A stretch of DNA of 63,921 bases, counting the filler, from Octopus bimaculoides (taxonomy: Eukaryota), in NCBI RefSeq assembly GCF_001194135.2. It is 8 parts of 8 records of this genome, joined end to end, with 100 filler letters (N's around TTAATTAATTAA, not from the genome) between each part and the next. Parts side by side here need not be neighbours in the genome. Positions count along the whole stretch, not along the records: positions 1 to 13,750 come from NC_068998.1; 7 more parts are not named here. One strand, 5' to 3'. Positions 1-11,849 of the stretch are shown here, piece after piece (the first letter of the stretch is position 1; each line of letters starts with the position of its first letter). Below the pieces are notes generated by a model. That model had not been told where the DNA came from, searched no databases, and saw only the letters and a program-made list of their open reading frames with translations. The translations under genes and the position numbers were made by a program.

Positions 1-29
1 ATATATATATATATTGGAAGGTTTGGACG

Positions 30-240
30 TGAGGTACAGGAATTATATTATAGAAAAAAATTAAGGTACTCAGAAATCCGGATGGTTGTACATTTACAGA
101 TTTTTATTAATATGTCACATGTTCTATAAATCATATAAACCGCTTTTCACCTAGTCTTGTAGGATTTTCAAATTTTTGATTTCACCTCTTTATATAGTTT
201 TATTGAGTTTGTAGCGGTGGAGACAGAGATATATAGGATA
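30..240. repeat. Unclassified interspersed repeat fragment, possibly PLE-associated
   Basis: Resembles an octopus repeat I recall (ggtactcaga...ggatggttgtacatttacagattttt); no protein motif seen. Confidence 0.25.
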
Positions 241-978
241 GTAAGAGAGGGTATATTCATATACACATAGATACATATAATAATATTATCAATTATAACT
301 TTTCAATTATTATACAATGAGGTTAAATCCTTTATAAGAGTTTATTATAAAGAAAAAATTAGTTATTTTATTGGCTTTTATGTAATATTTATTTCTTAAT
401 TATCCAGTGAAATCCTCGGTGGTTGTATATGCTGTTGAATATAATAATTCTTCAGTTATTATAAAATATGCTTAATTCCAATTGTATTGAATAAATAAAT
501 TGTTAATTAATTTTTGCGAGGCAAATTATACAAGTTTTTATTAAGCATTACGTAGAATTATTATCTGTAGTTTTTATTCTTTATTTATCTAAGCAGAACA
601 TATAATTTTTGTCTGCAGCTTTTGTTCTTTAGACAGTCAGTGACGTCATCAATTTCAGTAAATAAATATACTCACTTTCTATCTTCGTTGTTTTATTGTT
701 TTGTTCTCATTTTTATGTTGATTTCGAATTGTCAAAAAATTTGGAATTAATATGGTATTTTTTGTATTTTATTTATATAAACTAAATCAGTTATTCAGTG
801 ACGTCGTTCTTGGTTGAATGAATGAATGAATGTCTAAAGTTAAATTCTTTTGGCGTTTCTTTTCGTTAGCGTTTTTAATAGCTAGAATTTTTTCCGTTTA
901 GTTAAAATTTCACCAATACGGATTACGTTGATAATGTGTTGGCATAAATTTTCGTACATATTATTTTTAATCTTAATG

Positions 979-1013
<35 letters not shown>

Positions 1014-1156
1014 NNNNNNNNNNNNNNNNNNNNNNNNNNNNNNNNNNNNNNNNNNNNNNNNNNNNNNNNNNNNNNNNNNNNNNNNNNNNNNNNNNNNNNN
1101 NNNNNNNNNATCTAAAATAAAGATATGATTTTCTTCATATATATTATTGATATATA

Positions 1157-1201
<45 letters not shown>

Positions 1202-1752
1202 ATATATAAATCAACCATCCCCACCACCACTAACATGATATTCAATAACTACAGCAACAGTGCTACGAACAATGTAAGCAACCACATCTTGAAAAAACAA
1301 TCACAATAAATCTAAATAACTTGGTACCATATGTACATTAAAAGTTGTATGAAATGTGAGAATGGAGATGACAATATTTTGAGCAATAGGGGTTGACTTT
1401 AGATGAAAGAACAAAAATAATAAAATTAACAGAGGACCACCACCACTACTGGCAATAATATCAACATCATCACTATCAGCACCAAAAGCAATACAATCTC
1501 CACTACTAATACTATTGCCAATCCACCACTTTTTGAATAAGTAACTGTAAACAACAATAATACTATTAACAGAGAGGAATGTATGTAACTACATATGTTG
1601 TATGTCAGCACAAACATGTGTGTGTGTGAGTAGAGTTTTTATGGATCACATAAAAGATGCATAGAGCTTAATGATCTGGTAATCCTTTAACAAACTGTAA
1701 TAATATAGGAATTCTGCCTAACTTTTACACCCTTTCGTTTTCTTATTTCAAT

Positions 1753-1900
1753 TCTTCTATATTAATAAACGCGAAATTCTGTCTGTGCGGGGTCCCTGCA
1801 TCTCAGTCTATATTTGTTTAAAATAGACATATTATACATTTTTAGAATCAAGATGAATCCGTGATTGAAAATTTGCTTTCCATTTGGTTCTTGAAATCCA
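1753..1900 (+). mobile_element. Possible non-autonomous Helitron 5' end
   Basis: Begins TCTATATTAATAAACGCGAAATTCTGTCTGTG, the TC-(TA)-TAAA..CTGTCTGT pattern of invertebrate Helitron-derived elements; no matching 3' end nearby. Confidence 0.3.
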
Positions 1901-3075
1901 GTATTGGGATTTGATTTAAAAGCGTTTGTGTTACTATTGCCAGCAAGCACGGCTTGGCTAATTCACGCCATCTTGATTGGCGTTTCACAGATGACGTCAG
2001 CGACCAAGAGAGAGATAAATGACATTCTCTTCGATAATTTTAAGTCGAGAAATTTGGGACAAATTGGCCAAAAACTGGAATACAACTTGAGATAGGAACA
2101 ACTGGCTGATACGTCGGAACACAAACCCCTACATAGAAAATATGTGGCCCTTAGCGAACAAGCTGATGTAAACCAGAAGCACACCCATTAGTGGCTACGG
2201 AGCTCAGGGCTGAAGGTAGACAACGGAGGCTTTACTTTAGCTGCTAAGGATCAGAACTTATTGACGCGAAACTACCAAGCCAATGTGATGAAAAACGAAG
2301 TTGACCCAAAATTCCGATACTGCAACTATGAGATTGAAACAGTGGACCACCTAATATCTGGATGTAAAGTGTTAGCGCTTTTGGAGTATAAGCCAAGATA
2401 TGGCAGACTTAACCAGTATCTAAACTGGTTAATATGTCAGCATTATAAAATCAAAACTGTTGACAAATGGTACAAGCATCGTCCTGACGATGTAACTGAA
2501 GGAGAATATGTAGCGTTTTTTGAGACATTCCAGTACATGGAGACGGGACCATCAAAGCTAACAAACCGGATATTCTTGTGAAATATCGAAACGTTAAAGT
2601 CTGTTTATTGAGTGACATGAACATTCCTTGTGATCATAATATCTCGGCAAAAGAATTTGACAAGCTTAGAAAATATAAAAATTTGTCTATTGAAATCGAA
2701 AAGACGTAGTATCTCAAGAAGGCTACAATACCAAAGTTCGTAGGAGCACTTGAAATGATCAAAAAAGGAATTGAAAATTATTTGAGAATGATCCCTACTC
2801 ACCATCTATACAAAAAGGGGAAAAAGGTTGCTTTAATTCGTACGTCACACGTATTGAGAAGAGCATTACTGCTGTGAATTTCATTTTCTTTTCTTCCTTT
2901 CTTCTTTGTTTTCTTTTTCCCTTCTTTTTCTATTTCTTTTTTCTTTTTTCAGTTTTTTCTTGCTTTTTTTTTCTCTCACATAGCTTGTGTGTATTTTAAT
3001 GACCTGCCAATCTCCTACAGTGAGTTTCTCTGCCCTAGGTGTCGAGAACATACTCGGAAAAAATGAAGGAAGAAA
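1900..3075 (+). mobile_element. R4/Dong-clade non-LTR retrotransposon, 5'-truncated and degenerate (CCHC zinc knuckle + restriction-like endonuclease + 3' UTR)
   Basis: Translation across stops and frameshifts gives KPLHRKY..WLRSSGLK..TEAFTLAAKDQNLLTRNY..KFRYCNYEIETVDHLISGC..HRPDDVTE, then IPCDHNISAKEFDKLRKYKNLSIEIEK..VGALEMIKKG..SHVLRRALLL*. A 3' UTR (2980-3075) and (CTA)n/(TAA)n tail follow. Confidence 0.85.
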
Positions 3076-3076
3076 A

Positions 3077-3077
<1 letters not shown>

Positions 3078-3122
<45 letters not shown>

Positions 3123-3200
3123 ATAATAATAATAACAACAATAATAATAGCAATAATAATAACACTAATAATACCGGCAATTATGATAATAATGATTATT
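3078..3200 (+). repeat. (CTA)n then (TAA/CAA)n microsatellite, tail or target of the R4/Dong element
   Basis: Directly visible. Confidence 0.95.
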
Positions 3201-3848
3201 ATTAACTGTTTGTGTCACAACTGATAAATGTCTTTGGGAAGTTTGAACTTCATTCCAAGTATCATCTCTTAATATTAGTTCTTCCTATTCACCCCACCTA
3301 AACCTTCCTTATATTTAAATGCCATGTGGTCTCGTGTGGTTAAAAATAATAAACACGCACATTTCCTTTCTATTGTTCCGTCTTGTTTTTAATAGAATAT
3401 GAAGATGACAAAGCGAGTTGTATTAAGTCTCTGAAGGAATTTTATAAAGATATATCTCCAACAAATAGCACCTTATCTGCTGATGAAATAAATCATTGTC
3501 TTTTTTTTCTTCTCTTCTTGACAATTTCATTTCATGTTGTTTGTTGCATATTATGGCGATAAACTGTAAAAGTATGTGCTGCTTAGTACCACCACCTGGT
3601 CTTCCGATGGCTTCATAGGAGTGTGTTCACACACACACACACACACACACACAATTTTTTATATATATGCAGATAGAAAGACAGAGAGAGAGAGAGAGAG
3701 AGAAGAGGAGTAAAAGAGGGGGAGAGAATAAGGGAGATTGGTCGCTAGAGTATATATATATTATAAAATATATACATGTGCATGTGTGTACATGTGTACT
3801 TATGTATGTATATATTTCGTCATATGTATACTCATATAAGCACAGACA

Positions 3849-3924
<76 letters not shown>
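3849..3924. repeat. (TCTA)n microsatellite
   Basis: Directly visible. Confidence 0.97.
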
Positions 3925-3925
<1 letters not shown>

Positions 3926-4845
3926 GCATGTATATGTGTATATGCATATGAAAATTTCTGAGAAAAATTTGAAAATTCGTTGTGATTTTCTAAAATGTAT
4001 ATACATATACATTTTAGATATTAATATATGAAATAGAGATGTCTGTACCTTCGCTTTTCACACGAAAACGGCTTCACTAATTGCTTCGATACTTGTAATG
4101 CATGAATAATTTGACCCCGGACAAATGTTAGGTTCTTCATTTGTGGGTAGTAAAGAAATAACACACACACATATATATATATATATAATATGTATATACA
4201 CATATATACATACATATTACTAACACTTATAGAGACAGTCACATAAAAGTACTGATATGGCGCTCATTGAATCTTATTGAATATCACAGGTTCTATTAAT
4301 CAAACTGAATGGTCACTCAATAATTAATAATTAAATGTGTATGTAGTAAACCTGGTTTCTTAATTTACATAAACACTCTACACGCCACGCTGCATCCCCT
4401 GCTATTTCCCGTGTACCTATTTACATTGACAAATTTCGGGGCAAAGCTACACAAGTGTGTGTCTCTGCATTTGTCTTCATATAAATATCAGAAAATTTGG
4501 TGTATTTTTAAAGAAATGTTTCTAAAAATACCGTTCAGATTTTTATAGATTCCGATTATATTGACACTTGTTGCGAAATAAATTTTCGGAGAGAGAGAGA
4601 ATGTGGAGTTTTGGATAATTCACACAAATAGAGATTGTTTCTTCATAACGTTCAGAAAACTGGGTACTTTTAATTAAATTTTCTACGAATACCTTTCAGA
4701 GTGTTTAGGTTACGATTATATCGAAATTTTATGTGGAAGGAAAAAAAAAAACAACAAAAAAAAAAAAAACCATGAACCGCACAGGCATATATACACATCC
4801 CATAAATCTACAAAATGAAACTAGATATTTTGAAAAACAATCCAC

Positions 4846-4921
4846 GTGACATATGGCGTAGTGGTTAATTGCACGGGCTACTAACCCCAAGATTCCGAGT
4901 TCAATTCCAGGCAGTGACTTG

Positions 4922-4991
<70 letters not shown>

Positions 4992-5130
4992 TCGAAAAAT
5001 ACCTGAGGAACCCAGGTTCGAAATTTCCCCAAGACACCTGATGAAGGCTGGAGGGTATATCAGCAGAAACATTGTGTTAACAGCAAACAAGATGAGGACA
5101 AATATCCGTCAAATGTAAATGATGTAAAAA
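4846..5130 (+). mobile_element. tRNA-head SINE with internal (TAA)n and hammerhead-bearing tail, copy 1
   Basis: A box TGGCGTAGTGG 4854-4864, B box GAGTTCAATTCC 4897-4908, (TAA)n 4924-4989. Tail is shared with copies at 39.6, 58.3 and 60.1 kb. Confidence 0.85.
5033..5078 (+). ncRNA. Minimal type I hammerhead ribozyme motif, degenerate copy 1
   Basis: GACAC-CTGATGA-A-GGCTG-loop-CAGCA-GAAAC-ATT-GTGTT. Stem I GACAC/GTGTT and both core segments present; two substitutions versus the family consensus. Confidence 0.6.
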
Positions 5131-5869
5131 ATCTACGTGACGTATGTAACTATATATGAGAGTGCACCTACTATTTCTCTGTACAATAACGTACGATATA
5201 ATCGTATTCTACACCATCTAAGATGTATTTATAGAAAATTTCATTAAAAACTATCCATGTTTCTGAAAGTTATGAGAAAACAAAAACGGTTTGTATGAAT
5301 TATACCAAAACTCTTCTTTCTTTTTCTGAAAATATATTTCACAGCGAATTGTGATATAATGTATACCATCTAAATTCGAAATGTATTTTTAGAAAATTTT
5401 CATTTAAAATAACCAATTCATCAGAAAGTCACGTGGAAACAAAATCGTGTGGGATAAACACATGTGCAGATGTGCCAATCTCGTATAGACAAAACACCAA
5501 AATAGAAATCATTTGTCTTAGTTGCCAAGTAAGTGAGACAGAAACCGGGATCAAGTGATTACGAAACGAATTTTTCTTTCTTAACCATTTTCTTAGTGGT
5601 GCGCCTACTGATCTCAAGTCTAAACCGACAAACTTGTAAAGCTTGTAAATCTTGTCAGATACAAATCATTGACAGTATATCATCACACCAATTAACAGTC
5701 GAATATATATTTATCTGACTGATTTGTTTCTTATTTCGTCGTTGATTTCTTTCTTGTTTCTTTTGTTTTTCAATACTTACTTGAGATTTACTGTACTTTG
5801 TTTTACTGTTAGGTTAGAGTTCAGTAAATGTCATTAACCGAGTAAGAGATATAGACGCTGGTTGAAAGT

Positions 5870-5962
5870 AAGACGGAGAGAGGGAGAAAGTGACTGACAG
5901 AGGGAGGGAGAGAGAGAAGGGAGAGAGAGGGACTGACTGGGTGAGAGAGGAAAAAGCGAGAG

Positions 5963-6003
<41 letters not shown>

Positions 6004-6025
6004 GAGATAGAGAGAGAGAGAGCAG
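5870..6025. repeat. (GA)n / (GATA) compound microsatellite
   Basis: Directly visible. Confidence 0.9.
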
Positions 6026-6734
6026 GAGATAGATATACATTCACAAACGGGAAACGAAGGAGAAAGAGATTGATATATAGATGCATATGTGAGTGTGTGT
6101 GCGCGCGTGCGTGTGCGTGTGCGTACATAAAGAAAGAGAGCGAGGGAGAAAGGGCAGATATAAGATATATCGTCTTTTTTGACATTATTCGCGGTTTTCG
6201 TAGTCTACTGACACCGTGTAGAGATAAAAAATATCCTAAATTACTCGACGAATCACCGTTTTGTCATGTCTATCGCACTCGTTTCTACAATAATTCACTC
6301 TTTTTTCTTTCGTTCTTTCTTTCCTTTCTTCTTTCATTCTTAGTTTATTTATCTCTTCTTTCTCGGTATATGTGCATCTAAGCGAATTCTTACACACAAA
6401 CATGTACACACATATATAGACACATTTATATATAGACTCATATATATATATATATGCATGTATATGAGTGTGTTTGCTTATACTTATATATATATATATA
6501 TATATATATNNNNNNNNNNNNNNNNNNNNNNNNNNNNNNNNNNNNNNNNNNNNNNNNNNNNNNNNNNNNNNNNNNNNNNNNNNNNNNNNNNNNNNNNNNN
6601 NNNNNNNNNNNNNNNNNNNNNNNNNNNNNNNNNATACACATATATACACATATATGTATATATATATATATCTATATATATATATAGATAATATATATAT
6701 ATATATATGATATATACATACATATGTATATATA

Positions 6735-6777
<43 letters not shown>

Positions 6778-7634
6778 CTATACATACACACACACATACA
6801 CACACACACACATACACACACACACAGAGCAGGTTATTCACATAGAGTTTTTCTATTTACCTCCTTGTCATGCCTTGCACCTCTCGCTACTGGAAATTTT
6901 CGATGTCAACATCTTTACCAGTCATGGGAAACCAGCGTTCCACGGGACTTTCTGAATGGCACGCCTAACGAAAAATTACCTTTAGTTTATATTTTCATTA
7001 GTGCACTATGAGGCCCACATCTTGAAAAAAGCTTGTCTATGCTATTGATTGGTTTTATCCCATAGGCCGTTTTGTTTACGTTGTTAACATTAAATCTATT
7101 GAAGGTTCAACAAATATGTCCATAAAAATGTCAAATTTATAAACATGTTTGAAAAAATATTGAGAAATATTTACTAACTGTAACACGGAAAATAAATTTT
7201 GTTTCGAGGACTCGCTTTGAGATATTTCTGTTTGAAATATAATTCATAAGTCATATTGGTTTCAAAACTAACTTCATTCGTGTTTGTAGTAAATAGAAAA
7301 ATCTTGTGTGGTTCCTGTTTCTTATCTATAAACAGACATCATAGAGAAATAAAAGTAAAAACGAAACAAAGAAAAATCCAATAAACGAAATAAAAAAAAA
7401 TGATGATTTTGTCATATTAGTCTCGAGTTAAATTCGTACATAGTAAATAATGACAACATGGACGGGTAGTTAATGTTTTATTTTATCGCCGCATAGTTCA
7501 GTGTTCGATTCTTTACCATTGACCATCTACATATTACCTAAGCTAATGATCGTTTAGAATATATACTGTCACACAGATAGACATACATATATGAATTACA
7601 TACATGAATGCATGCATACATAAAAACATGCATA

Positions 7635-7805
7635 GGTGCAGGCGTGGCTGTGTGGTAAGAAGCTTGTCTTCCAACCACTTGGTTCCTTCTTCAGCGCCAC
7701 TGCGAGGCAACTTGGGCAAGTGTCTTCTACTATAGCCTCGGACAGACCAAAGAATTGTGAGTGGATTTGGTGGACGGAAACTGAAATAAGACCGGCGTAT
7801 ATATA
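7635..7805 (+). mobile_element. tRNA-derived SINE family A, 5' half
   Basis: Head GGCGTGGCTGTGTGGTAAGAAGC, body CTTGGGCAAGTGTCTTCTACTATAGCCTCGG..GTGAGTGGATTTGG..GGAAACTGAAA; aligns with copies at 31.3, 32.0, 40.4 and 62.8 kb. Confidence 0.85.
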
Positions 7806-8039
7806 TATATGGCTGACGACAAGCATCACGCTTGCAGCTCAAGAGTACCAACGAATTTGAATCAAAATGTTTATATAAATGTTTATATATATATATATAT
7901 NNNNNNNNNNNNNNNNNNNNNNNNNNNNNNNNNNNNNNNNNNNNNNNNNNNNNNNNNNNNNNNNNNNNNNNNNNNNNNNNNNNNNNNNNNNNNNNNNNNN
8001 NNNNNNNNNNNNNNNNNNNNNNNNNNNNNNNNNNNNNNN

Positions 8040-8450
8040 TTGGTGTGTTTATGTCCCCGGAACTCAGCAGTTCGGCTAGAGAGCCTGTTAGAGTAAGTTT
8101 CCAAGCTCCAAAATTAATCTCAAAAAGTCCTGGGGTTGATTTCCTCGACTAAAACCGTTTGGTTTCGGGTTCAGTCCTGCTGCGCGGAAACCTTGGGCGA
8201 GAGTCTTGTTTTGTAGCCCTTGGTCGATCAATTCCTTGTTAGTGAATTACGTAGCTGGAAACTGTGTGGTAGCTCTGCGCGCGCATACAAACACACACAC
8301 ACACACACACATACACACACACACACACACACACATTCATATGTACGTGTAAATGTGAGTGTATATGTGTATTTGTGTTTGTGTTTGTCTCCACTGCCGC
8401 TTGCAGCTGGTGCTACATTTTGTACGTTCTCTCTAATCTAGGGGTTTGAT
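8040..8450 (+). mobile_element. SINE family A tail plus a second diverged family A-like copy
   Basis: TGGTGTGTTTATGTCCCCG..AGCAGTTCGGC..TCCTGGGGTTGATTT..GACTAAA, then GGGTTCAGTCC..CCTTGGGCGAG. Confidence 0.7.
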
Positions 8451-9009
8451 AAAATATAGCACATTTACATCAAAGATTAAGTGGCATATAAACTTTTTAT
8501 CTTTCTATACATAAAAACTTCTTAGGGTTTCTTAAAGTTTATTATCGTTGGTAGCCACGTGAAGCGCTATTTAATCCTTCTTTAAAATCATCAGCGCAGC
8601 ATAACTTGAGACAAATGAATTAAGCTAAATTCAACATCCAACGAAGAATCTTATAAAGGGAATAAAATTTATATTTAAAAAGGCCATTGTTTTTACATCT
8701 TAAATAGTAAATTATTCAAAAATAAAATGTACGTGTGTGTGCGAGAGAGGAATTTCTCACATGCACGTTAAATGCTTTTAAGGCCAGTATATTTTATTTT
8801 ACACAACATTTTGTTTGTCAATGCAACCCTATATTTATTTTACCTTCGTAAGAGTGGTTCCTTTAATGCTTTTAAATAGTTCCACAACAAAACATTTATC
8901 GTTAATTTTGTCTTCTTTATATCTTCAGGTTATTCCGTTATAACCAAATAATCAAACGCTGGCTTAAACTTCACGTACACAACAGTGTCTTCCTTTAAAA
9001 AAAAATAGC

Positions 9010-9430
9010 TACAAGACAAGCAGTTTTAACACGAGGATTTAATCGATACTGTAAACACCAGTATTTCTCTGGTGCCATACTTTATCAACTCCAGAGGGAT
9101 GAAAGGCATAGATGATCTTGGTGAGATTTGAACTCAGAACGTAAAGGGTCAAAGAAATATTACGAAGTATTAAGGCCGACACTCAAATGATTCCGCAAGC
9201 CCACCATTTTTTCAAAAAATAATTTATGCACAATAATAACTTATGCACAAGTCCTGAAATTTTAAAAGATGGGGTAAGTCAATTTCATCAACCCATTTGA
9301 TCAACTGCTACTTATTTTATCGACCCTTCAAAGATAAAAAGCAAAATCTTTTATTATCGGTATTTTGACAGCCGGAGGAAATGTTGATATGCATTTTTTC
9401 CGGTGCGTTAACGATTCTGAAACCTCATTA
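9010..9430 (-). mobile_element. Two decayed SINE family B copies
   Basis: GATGAAAGGC..GAGATTTGAACTCAGAACGTAAAG and TTATCGACCC..AAAG blocks are the reverse complement of the family B body seen at 54533. Confidence 0.7.
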
Positions 9431-9539
9431 TCTGTCCTAAAATAATGCTTTCAAAAGAACATAAACCGTGAAAAGAATTAGCACGGAGCATTATTTCCGA
9501 CGCTGTAACATTTCTTTTTGAGTCTTTGACATTTGTTTT

Positions 9540-9750
9540 CGATTTATTCTCAATTGCTTCCGGCATTAGACTGTAGCCATGCTAGAGCACAATCTTCGAA
9601 GGTTAATAGAAGAATTCGATCCCAATATTCTGTAGGAAAATTTTGGAAAGCCACCAAGTTATGGGAATGTAAAACACCAACACAGATTGTTAAGCAGTGG
9701 GGAGGACTGATACACTGAAACCCCAAATCACACAGTGGTATATACATGTA
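9540..9750 (-). mobile_element. SINE family A tail fragment
   Basis: GACTGTAGCCATGCTAGAGCAC..TAAAACACCAACAC..TTAAGCAGTGGGG. Confidence 0.6.
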
Positions 9751-9791
9751 CAGCACACATACACCCCACCAGGTACATATATAAGCATGTA

Positions 9792-10672
9792 CGAGGTTTG
9801 ATCAATAAGTATCCGGAGTGTTACCATAGTAATGAAGCTAAAGCATGCAGAGTAAAGCCGTTTGGCAATGATTGACCTTGAACTCTGCTGTGCATGCGCA
9901 TTAAGTCTTACCGTTCTAGCTCACTTCCGCTGTTTACAGTAGTGCTTGGAAGGAAAGTATTTAGCGTGTGATCTTTGCATTGACCATGACAGAAAGTTGA
10001 CATAATGATGCCTGCTCAGAGGCTTACGTAAAGTTGCAGAAAGTATAGAGGAGTGTATGAGCTGCACATAAGTGCACGTGTGGTTCAGACGTTTCCAAGA
10101 TGGCCGAAAAAAATGTCGATATTGACGAGCGTTCTTGGAGACCCGTAGCCAGCAGAACTGAGAAAAAACTCGCAGATGTGGGTGCAGCTCTGAGGGGAAG
10201 TCTCGAATCACCATCCGTGAATTATCACAAGCTGTGCAGATTAGATACGGTTCCGTTCAGTCCACTATCACTGAAGATTTGGGTGTGAGATGCGTTTCCA
10301 CTAAGTTTGCGCCAAACCTGCTTTCAGCTGACCAAAAAGACTCTGGGATTTCAGTTCCACAAGATCACCTTGATTGTGTCGAGAACGATGAAACCTTTTG
10401 AAAACTTTGCGTAGGCCTCTGAGTGGGTATCGCCAAGCTTCTGGCAAAATTTGATGCAGATTCTCTGATCAACTTTCTCTCTCATGGTCAATACGATGAT
10501 CATACGCTGCACACCTTCCTTCCAAGCACTGCTGTAAACAGCGGAAGTGGGGTAGAACGATAAAACTTACTGCGCATGCACAGCAAAGATTAAAGTCTAT
10601 CGGTGCCAAGCGGATTTATCTGCGTGCTTCGTAAATATGGCAACAGCCCGGATACTTATTGATCAAACTACG
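9792..10672 (+). mobile_element. Non-autonomous mariner derivative with about 250-bp inverted arms
   Basis: TIR CGAGGTTTGATCAATAAGTATCCGG at both ends, TA flanks. Internal transposase HTH remnant (WFRRFQDGRKNVDIDERS.RP..RITIRELSQAV..GSVQSTITEDLGVRCVSTKFAPNLLSADQK); no DDD domain. Confidence 0.9.
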
Positions 10673-10921
10673 TATATATGTGCATGACTGTGTGTTTTTT
10701 CTGTTTTTGTTTCTTTCGCTTCCCCACTGCCTGACAAGCTGTGTTGGCCCGTTTCCGTTTCCATAACTTTACGGAGAGATGGTCGCTGAAAATCTGCATG
10801 CGATAAGGGCGCATGTAACGCGATCGCCTGAATAAAAGGTGTGCACAAAGCAAATCTAGGGAGAACTCCATGTGTCAGTCTGTTTAATAATATCGTCCTA
10901 CCCCGGGGAAAATGGAAAAGT

Positions 10922-10957
10922 CTTTTACGTTTCGAGCCTACGCTCTTCGACAGAAAG
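10922..10957 (-). ncRNA. Hammerhead-like motif, variant core CUGUCGA (family 2, copy 1)
   Basis: Minus strand: CTTT-CTGTCGA-A-GAGC(GTAG)GCTC-GAAAC-GTA-AAAG. Stems I and II pair; palindromic ACGT stem III. Confidence 0.5.
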
Positions 10958-11199
10958 GAATAAGTCGGTAAAATGGAGAGAGAACCAAAAAAACAAAAAG
11001 AGAAATACTATATATACATATATCGCTTATGCAGTTCTATAGCCTGGTATAGAACTTAATGTACGTATGCCGATGAACGAAGTGTTAGTCGCATACAGAG
11101 CCGTGATAAGAAACATCTGTAAGCTAATGGAGTTCACAACATAATCGTTTATTCGTTTGTCAGTTCTTTCCTCAAATCTATCCATCTATTTAAACGGTG

Positions 11200-11360
11200 G
11201 GCTTCCATACATTTTCCGTTTACCAAATTCACTCACAATACATTAATCGGTCCAAGGATACAGTAGAAGTGAGTTGCTTAAATTCGCCCGCGGTGAAACT
11301 GAAACCTGAAATCCGAACGCCATTGTTGCGACGAGAACCACTTAACCACACACCTATAGC
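11200..11360 (-). mobile_element. Decayed SINE family A 5' half
   Basis: TTTCCGTTTACCAAATTCACTCACAA..TCGGTCCAAGGATACAGTAGAAG..CTTAACCACAC. Confidence 0.6.
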
Positions 11361-11849
11361 TACATAGACCTGTGCATATTAAATAACAGTCTAATTCCAG
11401 TAATTATATAATCATCTCTAAACTCTCTGCCCATGTCATTTGAAACAATTATCTCTTTATTCCCAGCGGTCTCTTGAATCCACAATCATTGGAATAAATT
11501 TGTCCTGTATAATCATTGTAAAAACCTTCGTTTAAATATCAACTTAATTTCATATTATTTAATTATTGTCCAACTTAATTAATAATTATAACATCCCTTG
11601 TCTCATATTACTAACATGTCTAAATTTATACATGTCAGTTCATAGCAGGAAATATATTTCCTTTCACGCATCTCTCTATTGCCGTATAGGCAATGAAAGC
11701 GCTCGTTTCTAATCTATTAAGTTATTGCTAGTTGATGTCTTATTCCACTCAGTTGTTAAAGACTTTGAAACTACATTCAAATTCTATATGCTATTTCTAG
11801 TTTAGTGTTCAACATTTATTACTAACCTATAATTATTATTGAGTGAGAG

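Noticed and set aside
290-660. Minus-strand frame with only TAA/TAG stops, readable as a ciliate-code protein
   Set aside because: The TAA frequency is about what AT-rich random DNA gives, absence of TGA over roughly 115 codons is not significant, and no protein motif is recognisable.
4846-4915. tRNA genes at SINE heads (also 39561, 32053, 34940, 46000, 54533)
   Set aside because: A and B boxes are present, but there is no complete cloverleaf and each continues into a SINE body.
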